Part shown: in pieces, positions 27,301 to 50,600 of the stretch
How the letters are laid out: each line of letters begins with the position of its first letter
Position numbering within the stretch: the stretch's first letter is position 1
DNA from: Phoronis australis
Taxonomy: Eukaryota > Animalia > Phoronida
Reading direction: 5' to 3'
Assembly: GCA_002633005.1 (NCBI GenBank)
Contig: NMRA01000200.1
Coordinates: 248,151-312,150 of the forward strand
Length of the DNA: 64,000 nucleotides
Translations under genes and position numbers: made by a program
Notes under the pieces: model-generated
Databases searched by the model: none
What the model was told of the DNA's origin: nothing
Seen by the model: the letters and a program-made list of their open reading frames with translations, nothing else

Positions 27301-30085
27301 ATAAGACATCAGATGTGACACAAGAAGTGCAACTGAAAGGAGGGTAGGTGTTACTGGACACTGGTCAGTAAGCTGGCTCAAGTAGACTAAGAGTAGATGT
27401 TACTGGACACTGGTCAGTAAGCTGGCTTAAGTAGATTAAGAGTAGGTGTTATTGCACACTGATCGTTAAAGTGGCTCAAGTACACTGAGGGTAGGTGTTA
27501 CAGGACAATGATCAGTAAGCTGGCTCAAGTAGACTGAGGGCAGGTGTTACTGGAGACTGTCCAGAAAGCTGGCTCAAGTAGACTGAAGGTAGGTGTTACT
27601 GGACATTGGTCAGTAATCTGGCTCAAGTAGACTGAGGGTAGATGTTACTGGACACTGGTCAGTAATCTGGTTCAAGTAGACTGTGGGTTGGTGTTAATGG
27701 ACACTGGTCAGTAAACTGACTCAAGGAGACTGAGGATAGGTGTTACTGGACACTGATCATTAAGCTGGCTCAAGTAGACTGAGGGCAGGTGTTACTGGAC
27801 ACAGGTCAGTAAGCTGGCTCAAGTAGACTGAGGTTAGGTGTTACTAGACACTGATCATTAAGCTGGCTCAAGTATAATGAGGTTAAGCGTTATTGGACAT
27901 TGATCAATAAGCTGGCTGGAGTAAACTTAGACCGTCTTTTCATTGTCTTCTTGTAAGATATTAGGAATTACCTTATTTGTCCAAGTTAACAACCACCCCT
28001 GAATTTTGAAATTTTCATTTTTAAGCGACCATGCTCAGTTATTTGTTTACCCCCTGATTGTTGACTTTCTCTACTTAAATGCCCTGTTCATTATTCCTGA
28101 CTAGCATGGAACATACCAGGGTAGTGTTCAGTAATGCTAGGACCTACTCTAGGACGTCAAAAAAGCAGTACTTAGCGAGATTACGTGAGATATATTGTGT
28201 ATTTTAAATGAGAGAACGTGATTTTAGCTAGATTTTTCTATTTACGAGACACCTACTGAACTCTACCCAGTTTTGTTTTTAATTTGTTTCCTCCCTATGA
28301 TCATGTTAACTGAACAAAGAAATGAACTTAACAATTTACTTACTGATAGCTTAATTGTCTCAGATGTAAATAAAGTGGACTTAAGCACTCATTCCAGTGT
28401 CTCTTCTGGTGACGTGCACAAGTAGACTTTAAAACATCTATAATGAGTAAACTTGTTATCATTGTCCATTTAATTATTCCTATAGGTTTGATGTTGTGTA
28501 TGACCCAGTGGGTGGAAAAAAGATCTTCAGCTATAGTACATTAGCTGTGAAGCCTGGTGGTTATGTCATTAGTCTGACCTCACCGTTGTTGTCCAACTCA
28601 GACAAGTATGGCCTTCCTTTGGGTTTGGCAAAGTCATCTACTGATTTAGCCTGCTCTGTGTCTGAGGTATGTAGGATATTTATGCGGTTAGCGCATGCCA
28701 GTTTCCATTCTGTAATGTTGGAGACACTTAAATATTTCACCAAGTCCAACTGGAAGTTTATTCGACTCATTCCTAAGTCTTGATTACATAGTTGTGCATT
28801 GCTGTTTGTGCATTATTTTACACCTTGCTTTTTGTGTATAACTGCTTGCTTGTTTATTTCCAGGCTTTGAAAAAACAGGCTTTTTATCGCTGGGCTTTCT
28901 TTGTACCTAATGGTGAAGCTCTTGGCAGAGTTGCCGACATGGTGGATGCAGGATTGGTATGTTGTGATGTTCAAGTGAAATGGTTACTTGAAGTACAGAA
29001 CTGTGAGAAAATTCACAAAGCATAAAATGAAGCGGATAACGTTGACATTTGAAAACTCCATCTACTTACTACAACTTCTCTTGTTTAGTGGCATAGCCGA
29101 GATAAAGGTGGTTATTAAATTTGGAGATCCTTCCCTTTTTGTCGAGCATTGTGCAAAGCGCATAATCCAGGGGCCTCTTCCAAAGAAACTGACATAGCTA
29201 AGACAAATCTTAAATTTTAGTCAATTTTAAAATAAAGCTTATCTCAAGTCCGTTTCAAGAAAAAGATCTTAAGTTTTGTCTTAATTTTTGACTAACTTGC
29301 TGCATGTTGAAATATCAAAGTTTGGAAGTTGAGCAAAAATGAATTCGAGTCAGTTTCATGGAATAGGCACATGAACCACTGATTCAATTTTTGTTCTCTG
29401 ATGGGTTTTCATGATTGAAAAATTCTAGACTATCAGCATTTGATTTTATCCTTAATTTTAATAATGAAGCTCAGTCAGGGTGATTAAGGTCTAGTCAATT
29501 TAAGTATAGGTAAGGGCCTAATGGCCATACGGAATGGAGTCACGATTCAGGCACATGTCCTGGACAGCTGTCTTCTCATCGTGCTGACCAGGAGAGTTCT
29601 AATCTCATACTCTTGTGTGGTGATTTGCAGTACTGCAGTTTCCTGAAGCTCTGTCAAATGTCGCAAGTACAGTCATCGCTAAGATATTCGAAGGCGTCTT
29701 ATTACAAACGTGTTTTTATAGTGTGTAACATTGCAATTAAGTTGATAATTTTTCATGATCAGACTTAATGATCACCTTCACAAGCCTCATTAATGAGCAA
29801 TGTGCCATGAATTAAAATAGAAGTTACTGCCATCTTAGCCTAGACTGGACTTGCAACCTCTGATATAACAGGCTTCTGGGTTGTAGCTGGTTTTGCTAGT
29901 TGTGTTCAAAACATATTGTTTAGAACTTAATATGAACTTGTATTTGAATTTTTCAGATTCAACCCATTGTGGAAAGTGTGTTTTCAATGAATGAAGTTCC
30001 CGCTGCTTATGATAAAGTGGGATTAGGAAGTGGTAGAGGCAAGACAGTAATAGACATGACATCAAATGACAGTAGCTCCAAATGA
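24399..30085 (+). CDS. RTN4IP1: Reticulon-4-interacting protein 1, mitochondrial NAD(P)H oxidoreductase (MDR/quinone oxidoreductase family), 8 coding exons, ~400 aa
   Basis: Exons: 24399-24666, 25122-25273, 25897-25965, 26713-26837, 27158-27343, 28486-28666, 28864-28956, 29957-30085. 1203 nt, phases consistent. Motifs [38 protein letters not shown] (Rossmann), YRWAFF, GRGKTVI. Confidence 0.95.
27340..27926 (+). repeat. 49-bp minisatellite, ~12 units, starting at the RTN4IP1 exon 5 donor
   Basis: Consensus GAGGGTAGGTGTTACTGGACACTGGTCAGTAAGCTGGCTCAAGTAGACT repeated with a ~49-bp period. Confidence 0.93.
29171..29370. mobile_element. PIF/Harbinger-like MITE, decayed copy of 54353-54600
   Basis: GGGCCTCTTCCAAAGAAACTGACATAGCTAAGACAAATCTTAAATTTTAG ... 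AGTCAGTTTCATGGAATAGGC, preceded by CAG. Confidence 0.7.
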
Positions 30086-33000
30086 TGTTAATGGCTTTAG
30101 TACAGAGTCATAAGCGAAGACGTGCCAGGAGGTTGACCCAAGCCTACCATATGGAGTCCAGAGTTGCTCTCTACTTCCTGAGTGGTGTTCTCTTGGATAA
30201 AGCACCTGCAAGAGATTTCTGGGTAACACACCCAACCATGTTAACCATGGAAATTCAGATTGTGCAGTTTTGGAAGAATGCTGCAAACCAGCGAGATGGA
30301 TTAACCTTTGAACAGTGCTGCCAAAGGCTTTTATTATCAGTTCTATTTTCAAACTCCATGCTTTCTAGGTACCTCAAGGTGCAGACATGATCCAAGTCAT
30401 ATAGTTGAAAAGATTGGAACATATACATCTGATAACACTGATTATTCACGAATGACGGGTCTGTTTCGTGAAAGTGACTGAAGACAGGAATTTGGTCTTG
30501 CACTCTACACAACTTTTTTGAAAAATGATTTGATCTTACACAAAGTTTCTGAGAATATGCACATAGCTGCTAGATTCTGAGATAATTTCTATAAATTATT
30601 TCTATACTGTAACTTATTCGTAATTAATTAGCTAAACTTTTATCAGCAACTGTGAACTGGGAATATACAACCAAATGTCTGTCTTAAGTGTTGTATCACT
30701 TTCATGAAACAGACCCTAAGTGTCGGTTGTGAAGTTGCCGTGCAATACTGGTACAGCCTATATTGTACTTGGAACTAAGTGTTGTGCATATGAAATGAAG
30801 CTTATTAAATTCCTGATGAGAGCCAACCTGGATCACAGCTTAATTCATTTTGCATAGATTGTGTTGGAAAGTATGGCGAGACATGGTGCATGCAAAGTAA
30901 CAAAACATGCAATGAGAATCAAAGTTAAAAGCATCGATTGTGGCGATTCACATATTGTGGGAAAGAAAAATGCTTAAGAGCCAGTTTTGTTTGTTGAATG
31001 TCTTTGTAAAAACTGTATTTTATTGATGATAAATCAAGGTATTTTTACAAGTTCCTTGCAATGCCTAATTACTATTTAGACAATTTAAATTACTGCATAT
31101 CACTTATAGCAAGCTCTGATGCTCCTCAGAATAATTATTCCTTTCCAAGATACGTACATTGGACAATCATGAACTGAAGCAAGTTGTGTGAAAAAAAGTA
31201 AAACATTAAAATATGCATTTAATGCTTTTAACGCATCAAATAATACAAGGAAAAGCAGATTTTACAAAATCTAGAGGACACTAAAATTAACTCTTACACC
31301 TAAGACTTCACGTACAGTAAAACTTGCAGAAGTCAGAACCAAAGTGAGCGAGAAAAAATCTGACTTACGCGTGCATGAACTAGAATAATATTGAGGAACT
31401 TTGTCCAAGATTAGCCAAAATCCCAACTTACGCATGTCCAACCAATGCGAGTAACAGTATAAGAAAATTTAGGTTAAAATTATAGAAGTCACGTCGAGCA
31501 CAAATTCAAGATTTTTGATGTGATAAATAACATTGATTATTCGTAACTAAGCATTCCATCATCAGGCAATATCATTATACTGATGACAGGAAAGAAGCCT
31601 TGCAACTAAACCTGCAACTAAACCTGCAGCATTTTAGTTACAAGTTATAACATGCAGAATTGACATCAAAAACATACAATCACAGGTGAGACTACATATT
31701 TCTGGTTTTATTTATGTGAAATTGTTTTAAATACTAACATTACAAAAATAAAATGCACTACATTAATAAATGAATCGCAATATGAATTGTGACTTGGAAA
31801 ATGGTACCTAGTATGAAGTCGATAAAACAACCTCAGAGCAACTTACCAACATGTAGTAAACCTATCCCAAGATGTCAAGACAACTAATCGTAAAACAATA
31901 CCTGAATAAGGTAATTTCCAAGAACAAATCCTCGCACATAAGTGGCAAAAAGAGTTATAAAAGAATCTCACTTATTCTACATCATGCATTAAAAGAAATC
32001 AAACAATCAGCAGACAGGTGTGAACATATTTTACACACTGGTACCAGAGGGTAGACGGTAGTACACATTTCCATATTATCTTGTGCACTCTTCAAAGAAG
32101 ATATAAAACGTTTCGCATTGAATTTCACATGAAAAGAAATCCAAGGATTGTTTTGACAGTCATAAAATAGAACCTGGCTCAAAAACATTTGTAAACCAAA
32201 AATAAATGCATTTGACTATACAACTGTATACTTAAATGCACACAAGAATATTTTGGCAGCATAACTTCATTCACATTTAAGACAACTTTTACATTTGAAT
32301 TAACACTGTAAACACTTCAGAGACTAGAAAAAATCCAGTACCAAACTTCTATCCATACTATAAAACAACCGAATCTAGTTCAGTAAAGATGATGCCACTG
32401 GTAAGCTGCAAAACCTTTTCAATTTCTTACCGCAGCTACAAAACACTTTGCTTCCTATGTGCATATGAGAGATTTGTCAACGGAGTACTCGATGACACCA
32501 ATGTAATGGTCCGATATAATGCACGCCAGGTCTTAAACAAACGAACCTTATCACAAGAACCACTTTCAGTTAACAAAAGGAAGTCCTTATCCACACAGGA
32601 AAATGTTTTGCAGTTTCAAAAAGGAGCTGTCTACAGGTACCTAGTAGTATCACTCTAATTGGCTTAAATACATTATTTATATGTACCCCATTCATTGCTA
32701 TTCAATACAACTACTAACAGTAAAATCTCATCAAATAAGGACACAATATAAGGCATGAAAGTGGTGTTTTATTTATTTTTTTTTTAATAAATGCAATGCA
32801 ACAGTTGAAATTTTGATAAAAATCAAGCACCAACAACAATTTAAAATGAAAAAGAGCAATTTTGGTAAACATTTTGTACTAGGAAGTTTTAGAATCCTGT
32901 TAGCGTCAAGGTTTGTGGACTATAGTTGTTACTGCATAACATTTAATGATCATCTGTAAAAAACAACTTCAGCAATTATTTTTGTCCCCAGTTTAATATT

Positions 33001-33220
33001 TCTACCATATAAGGCTACAATAAAGTGAAAAAGGTAAAATACTATATACACTCCATTTGAGAAACCATTTCAACAAGTGTATGTTACATTTATTGATATA
33101 AAAATCCTACACTAAATGTACATGATAATGACATAATTACAATGGTATCAAAATAATCATTTTCAGAAATCACAGACACTCGGCAAACTGACCATTCACC
33201 ACTTGCTGTTTAAGCTATAG

Positions 33221-43560
<10,340 letters not shown>

Positions 43561-43720
43561 GGGTGCTCTGGCTTTTAACTTGGTGGTCTCTCATGCTTGA
43601 TTTTGTTTTCCTTGAAAACTAATGAATGATAAAAAGTCGCTGAAACATGGTGAGCTGTTGTAAAATTTAAATCCAAATATATTTAATAATGTAGTAGGCC
43701 TAATTGTTGAATTAATTTGA

Positions 43721-43954
43721 GCTGAGATTAAATCTCCAGCCCGGTCACGGGTCAGGGACCGTGATAGCCAGCCAGCTAGCTGTATGAAGACTGTCGTCAA
43801 AATACAGCTAGGTACCACTGTGTGTATTTCTTCTGTAGAACCCCGAAATTGCACACAGCCAGGGTAGTTCTGCTCGTCACCTTGCCGTGAAATTTGTATG
43901 AACATGTAAAGCTGAAGACCAGACGGGCCCGGGTGCATGCAAAATCTGGGAATC
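43721..43954 (+). repeat. Interspersed repeat, copy B (homologous to 21812-22061)
   Basis: Same colinear blocks as copy A, same orientation. Confidence 0.8.
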
Positions 43955-46222
43955 AACCGACACTCACCTTGCCTGTTACAGCCGTTTAAGTGAAAAACAA
44001 TGCAATAAAAGTCATTTTCTTGCGTAAGTCTCTGCCTTTTCTAATAATGAAAAGTATGTCGTCGTTTTGAAAACAGTTCGCTTGTGTCACGCGCACGTGC
44101 CATTTCCTAAATTTTTGCGACATCTCCCGGGAGATTATGATAGCTTGGCAGCAGCAAAATTTGTTATAAAATTCGGTTTTTCAGTATCAAAATTTTAAAA
44201 ACTTATAATAAAGTGAAACCAGTGACAATATTTTGTTGTGACGTGTACGCATCCTTGTGAAAGAACAACAGTTTATTGAAGAATCGGCAAATAAAGAAAT
44301 TGGCCAATAGGTGACGCAATATTTCATGACGCCGAAAGCCGACGCAGATCGTTCCACAACTGTAGCAGCAGAATAATGGTAGAACGCCATTTTTTCCAAC
44401 TCCGTAGGCGTTAAATAATCTACTTTACTCAAGGAAGACTGCAGTTTTTAATGACATGTTTTGTCAGATTTTATGCTACCACTTTTTTACCTACATCGGT
44501 GCAAAGCTGTATATTTAGTATACAGCTTTGTAAAAAGGCTAGGACGGTGAATGTCCTGCTGTGACGTACAGTCCTAGTATTAACTCGCTGGTTCCATACG
44601 TGCCTAGCCATCACGCAGGTATCACGTTGTGGCACGCACTTTAGCATTGGTTGATGTAACCTCAGCAGTCATTAGTTAGCTTTACAACACCGTGAAAAAA
44701 TGGCAGACTGTGAACAATTTTTAGCCTTGTCATGCAAGTGGCGTCGCAGCAACTTCTTCGTTTCTGCCGTGTTGTTTAATAGCTGTGTGTTTGAAGCTCA
44801 TACATGTACAATAAACACATATATCTGGCCGATTTAATGATGTGTTATTCATACTGTATGAATACAAGACAGTATCGTAAACAAAAGTCATTGAATATAA
44901 ATTTTAAGCACCGATTTATCTGCCCAACAGACCACATTTACACTTCAGTCCATCAGTCAGGCAATTGTTTGCGTAAAGCGCTGCCTGTTGAGAATTCGAC
45001 TAGCCAATCAGAAATGCTGGTGTAAAAAAATTCCCGAGGAAAATTAAGTGTTACCTGCATGCTGGCTACCGTCGGACCACCTAGCAGCATGCAAGGAACC
45101 TGGGAGTAGTATTAAAGGTCTTGTTTAATTTTGGTTCAGTTTGTGCACTCAAATCGCAGACGACAACCTGTACGTTTGCAACACCAGCTGTGGACTGGTA
45201 GTGGTACTAGTAGATTTTTAGTGTCCGTCAGTGTCAGTGTAGGCAATTACATCACCTGAATTGAAAGCCGCAGGCATACAGGGGCGATAGTACATTCCCA
45301 TAAAAGTTACTCATTTCAAAATACAGCAAATAAAATTGAATGAAACATGCATATATAATGTTAAGTTATACTTAACACATACCACGACTCTGGATACAAT
45401 TTAGTTAACATAACTTGAACATATCCATAAAAATCTGTCACGGTTCGCTCGAGTTTCTCTCACCAGGTGCCATTTTGAGGAAGGTACGTGAAATCACGCC
45501 TGTTGACGAAAAAAGTCCAAGGGACACAAATCTAACAAATTTATCCTGATGTCTTCCCATGCAATTTTGCAAGCATCACGCGCCACGTCATGCGCTTTGT
45601 TCAGTCTCGCGCTAGCCTTTGCCTAACTCTCATGACGTCGTGACTCAGTTGAAATATTTTGTGATTATCGCACGCACGGTGAAAAAGATAACGGTCACCA
45701 AAAAAGTGGAGTTGGAATTCTTTGCCAAAGTCACCTTAATTGTCATAGCTATGCTTCATCGAAGATGTGTTTAGAAGTAGAAAGGATCACTGAAGAAAGT
45801 AAGCGCCTTTTTAAGTGATAGTTTTAGAATGTATTTTTGACAAGGTGAAAACTCTTAATCGGTGAGCTGATTTCGCCTACCACCCACTTAAAATACACAG
45901 GACAAAGTTAGTACAGAAAGCGATGGGAAGTATTGTAGCCCTTAACCGGCCAACTAAGGGCCTACGTGTTGCCTAGTGTCTATGGTGCCGTGCAGTTTAA
46001 AGCCTCTCTAAATAATTTGCCAATGCCAATGAGCAATTGCCTGTTGTCTGATTAGTTTGGATACTTGACTCACATGTTGAAAATCCCAGATTCGAGTCCT
46101 GGCTAAACTTTTCTGCAGTGGCATCCAACTAAGGAATGCTCTACCAAACTCTTAGACACTGCCACGATCTTCATTGGCCATAGAGAGCTTCATACACCAG
46201 AACATACTGATTAATACATCAA

Positions 46223-46635
46223 TGTCACGCTGTTATAAGTACCTTTTGCGAATAGAGGGACACCTTAGGAGGCCATCAGTGTCTTTAATTCCTTCTAACT
46301 CGAACAAGTACTCTCATAATCAAACGTTTTTACAAGCAATCCTTCATTCGGGAGTATTTGCAGTGTTGAGTGGAAAGGGTACTTGCCGGGTGGTGTTGAA
46401 TGCAACAGAACACGGGGAGTATCGCCTCATGAGGGCAAATTCAAGAACAGGAGTGCTGTTGAGGGCAAATTACAGGATGCAACGAAGGTTGCTAAGATCT
46501 GTAGCCAGGAGGCAAGCCAGCTCTTCTATGGAAAGGGGAAATAGTGTTGTATCACATGACTTCTGTGTATGGCATGTGACTACTGGTTATGTCGTGCAAT
46601 AAAGCCCCTTCTAAATTGCTTGCCAGTGGGTAACA
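46223..46635 (+). mobile_element. Possible solo LTR
   Basis: TGTCAC...GTAACA termini (near-inverted, TG..CA), AATAAA at 46598, purine/GC-richer body; no clear TSD. Confidence 0.35.
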
Positions 46636-47671
46636 AAAACACCCTTATTGTTACAAAGAAGAAGACGTTTTCTCAAAGACTATCATATTTTGGATTTGTC
46701 AAGTACTGGCAGTTGCAGACTTGCATGGTCATGGTATAAAGTTTGAGCATTTTATGACCCTCACTTTGCCCAGTGTTGCAAGATTTCATTTCATTTGGAC
46801 AAAGCATTTTGTTTTGCTTATTTCTCATGTATATATATATATTTATTATCTTGTTGAACTAGTGCGAAAACAAAAAAACATCCATACATACACGCATGCA
46901 CGCCTCAGGAAAAGACCCTTCTCGTATAAAGTAAAGAACTGCTACATGGAGTTAACGCGAACACACACCTTATCAAGACGAGTTCTGAAGCAGTATTATT
47001 ATAATTTCTATGTTTGTATAGATTTTCATAAAAAGTTTTTGTTTTCTTGAATAACCCCCTATTCGCTTTTGGTTTTAGTATTGTCAGATTTCCACAGGAA
47101 AGGCATAAGCTTACTTGTGTAATGCCTATTTTTCAAGTGAAGAAAATATTTGTAAGGTTTTTGACCCTCCTCAATCCTAGTTATAAGGCCTCTTAACTTA
47201 TTCTTCCTTCATTCATATGCTGTTATTATTATTCACATTCCTTAGTCACTCGATTGTGTTACGCCCTGAGGTTTGAAAGTTTACAAGTCTGATTCATTTT
47301 AGTTTTCTTTCTTGACATTACTTTATTCGTCAATCCAACGTTCTTTCTTAATGTTTTACGTACATTTAGAAAATTTTGCATTGTGGCCCACCTCATTCAA
47401 AAATATGGTGAATGTTACCAATATCAATGCACATTGTTTTTTCTTGCTATTAAACCCGTCACATCTGCACAAAATAGAAATGAGAAAATTGCATTGACTT
47501 GTTTGCAACCTCATAGAGTTAAGAAACTCCACGTGATAATTCATTTTAAAATCCCGGTTTGGGTGCCTTCATTGCTGAAAAATATTGTTTTGTGTGTCAA
47601 TCATATATATGAATGGTGTCTTCGAGGATAACATATTATTTTTCCAGTCTACCACCCCATCGTCGCGACAT

Positions 47672-50600
47672 ATGAACAGTGTCTTTGATGATGATAAGAG
47701 CATTGCCAGTTCTTTCACAGCCTATCCTTACACAAAGCCATACCTTAACAGTAGCTACAGAGCATCTCCTAACAAGCCAGTTTCTACAATGCCAGAAAAT
47801 GAAAGATCAGGTTTGTTAGCAAGCACACTTGTTTTTGCCATAAGTGTAGTTAAGCACTTTTAGCAGTTCATTTTAAATTTATTTGAAATTTCCCTTTCAC
47901 TTTCAGGGAAATATGAAATACATGTTGAAATTGTTTTACCTCTATTTGACTTCGTTACATGGTTTCCCTCATTGATGACTGTGTGTACATGAAAATGAGA
48001 AAACTAATTGGTGTAATATTAGTAATAATTTGAAAGTCCTTGTATTATTGGAAGCAGTTTGTAACAATGCAACACTCATTATCTATTCTTTGCAGTATAA
48101 CTTGCAACTTTGCTTCAAGATTCAAATCACTATTTACTTCAACTAGCATGTTTTCATCATGAAAATGGAACCCCTTCAAAAGATAGAATTTGGCTTGTCG
48201 TATCTTAGAAACAGAATCTCAAACTCCGTTATTGTATTGAGGTGCAGTCTTTGACAACATGAAACTTTATTGAAGGATTTTAACGTAAACTTTTCAGTTT
48301 GTTTGAGATTCTATCATATTTACTTTTTAAGTTAAGGAATTGTTTATTAAGTGAATGATTGTCTCCAAATTCACTAGGTGGCATTAGTGAGTCAATAATT
48401 CTATGTGTGTAAATGCATGTCATCAAGTAGTCACATATGGCCCTTATCCCCCAAACACCCTCCCCCCCCCCATGCTGGGGAACTGTTCTTTGCACTCAAT
48501 CTGGTCAGACGCCCTTTGCTCCCTAACTCCACTTTATGAATACCAAGTTCAGTAAAATTTTGCCCAAGTTAGGACACAATAAGGAAAAAGGGTGAAATTT
48601 CATTTTCTCGCTTTTTCGTAAATGATGCTCAGTACCAAAGTGATGCTTTGTCAAATATTCAAAGTTCTGTATCATAATCCTAGCAACAATGTTAGAGGCA
48701 TTTGAAAAATGAAAAAAGTGCTATTTTTGCAATTATTTTTGTTCAAAATTGGTGAGATTTTATGTACCCCATTGGATTACTTCACTGTGGTTACATAGCT
48801 ATATGCTCAGAATTTCCTTAGGACAACTGATTTTCTTATTACGCTATAAAAACTTTATTTCTGTGTCATGGTGTACAATTTTTGTGTTTGCCTTTTTAAT
48901 ATACAATTACTTTTAATTGCTTGTACCTGTAACTGACATCAGTTGATTTGTTGATCTTTAGCTGGAAGAAATAGAGAATTTTTAATATGCATGAAATTAG
49001 TATTAGTGTTGAAGAATTTAATTCAAACTGTTTTGTATCATGGTACCTCTTTTTCCTGTGATATACACTTGCTTTGTACAATGGATTATAGATGCATGAA
49101 TAATTAATACGATTCACGTGCAATCGAAGTGTAATCTCTACAGTTTATAAATAACTAATGGCTGTAGAGGCATGTGAGCCAGACCTGATCAAGTCTTCAG
49201 GTGGTAGCATCATAACTAGCACTGATCACATATTGAGCCATCATGAACAGTTTGACTGTGTTGAGCTACAGTCTGTCTCTCAACCCTGCTTATACACAAC
49301 TCTGTTCTGCTGTAGCCAACAAACTAGGTGCTCAATTCTAAGTTGGTTGTAGTAGATTTAACTGCCAGTGCGGAGTTATACTAATTGCCATATGACATGT
49401 CAATTGTGGGTGGAGGTCAGAGAAGTTACATTTCATAACGTATTGGGAAAGCACTGTGCTTGCAGTTGGAGTACTAGCCACAGTGCCCTCATTACATGTT
49501 GGCAACCAGCTTTCAATGCATGTTTTTCTCTTATTCTCTTTTGCTTCTAGGTGTCATGTCTGCACTGAAAAATTTGCAGACCAAGATCCGCTCTCTGGAG
49601 ATGGAGCGCTCTAGAGCCCAGGCTGACTTGAATTCAATGACGTCTGAAACTGACAAGTATAGGCAGGCACTTGAACGGGAGAGAACCACAAAAGACAGTG
49701 TGACCAGTCAGATGTCTAAACACACCCAAGGTAGTTACCAGTGACTGCTGGTTTCTTCACTTAAATATTGTGATTTGCATCATTGAAAAAACATAACGTA
49801 ATCTTATCACAGTAGGAAATATGAGACCAATCTATGTTCTTTTGTTTTTAGCCAGCTTTAATAAAACAAGATAAAGTGTATCTTTAATTAGTGTATAGCA
49901 TGCCTGTAATGTTTACTGATATGTAGCAGAAATTTTTGTTGGTACGTATAATTTCACTTAAAGTAGATGTGAGTTCTTTAAATAATTTTCACATAGAAAA
50001 CCCATACATTATCTTGTGCTTTGTTTGGCAGTGCTATGCTTGGTCTTACAGAGGTGGAAAATCAGCTACAGTCGGCTGAAACACGGTGTAATTTGCTGGA
50101 AAAACAGCTGGAATATATGAGGAAAATGGTAGAGAATGCTGAACGCCAGAGAACTGACGTATTGAGAGTACCAGAGCCAGTGCACAAGCCAACACATGAT
50201 GATATTGAATTGAAACACCAGCTGGACAAGATATCAGAATTAGAGAGGGAACACTTGAAACTAACAGCTACGCAAACGTTGGCCGAGGTATTTTATCTAT
50301 TAAGTTTTGATTTTACTTACCTTGTGTTCATACAACCAAAACTTGTATGTTCTGATGCACATCAGTTGGATTTTCGCTCGAAGCTGGTATTAACCTTGTT
50401 CTGGAGTCAAAAACGAATTTCTTCACAGGCATACTTGTTCTTCCAAAGCCCTGTCACTGTGTTCTTTTACTTTGCTTAAATTGAAACTTGATTGACAGCT
50501 GTCAGTTTAATCACAGAGATAGAAAGGTAAGACTTATTTTGTTGTGGTAATTGTAAATCTAAAGTAATTTCTTCAAAATTTTGTGGTGCAGCTGTTCATT

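Noticed and set aside
27340-27926. Regular repeats resembling a CRISPR array
   Set aside because: Units are contiguous with no unique spacers, there are no cas genes, and it lies in a eukaryotic intron.
46174-46602. 142-aa ORF
   Set aside because: Non-ATG start, no homology recognised, and it overlaps the LTR-like repeat.
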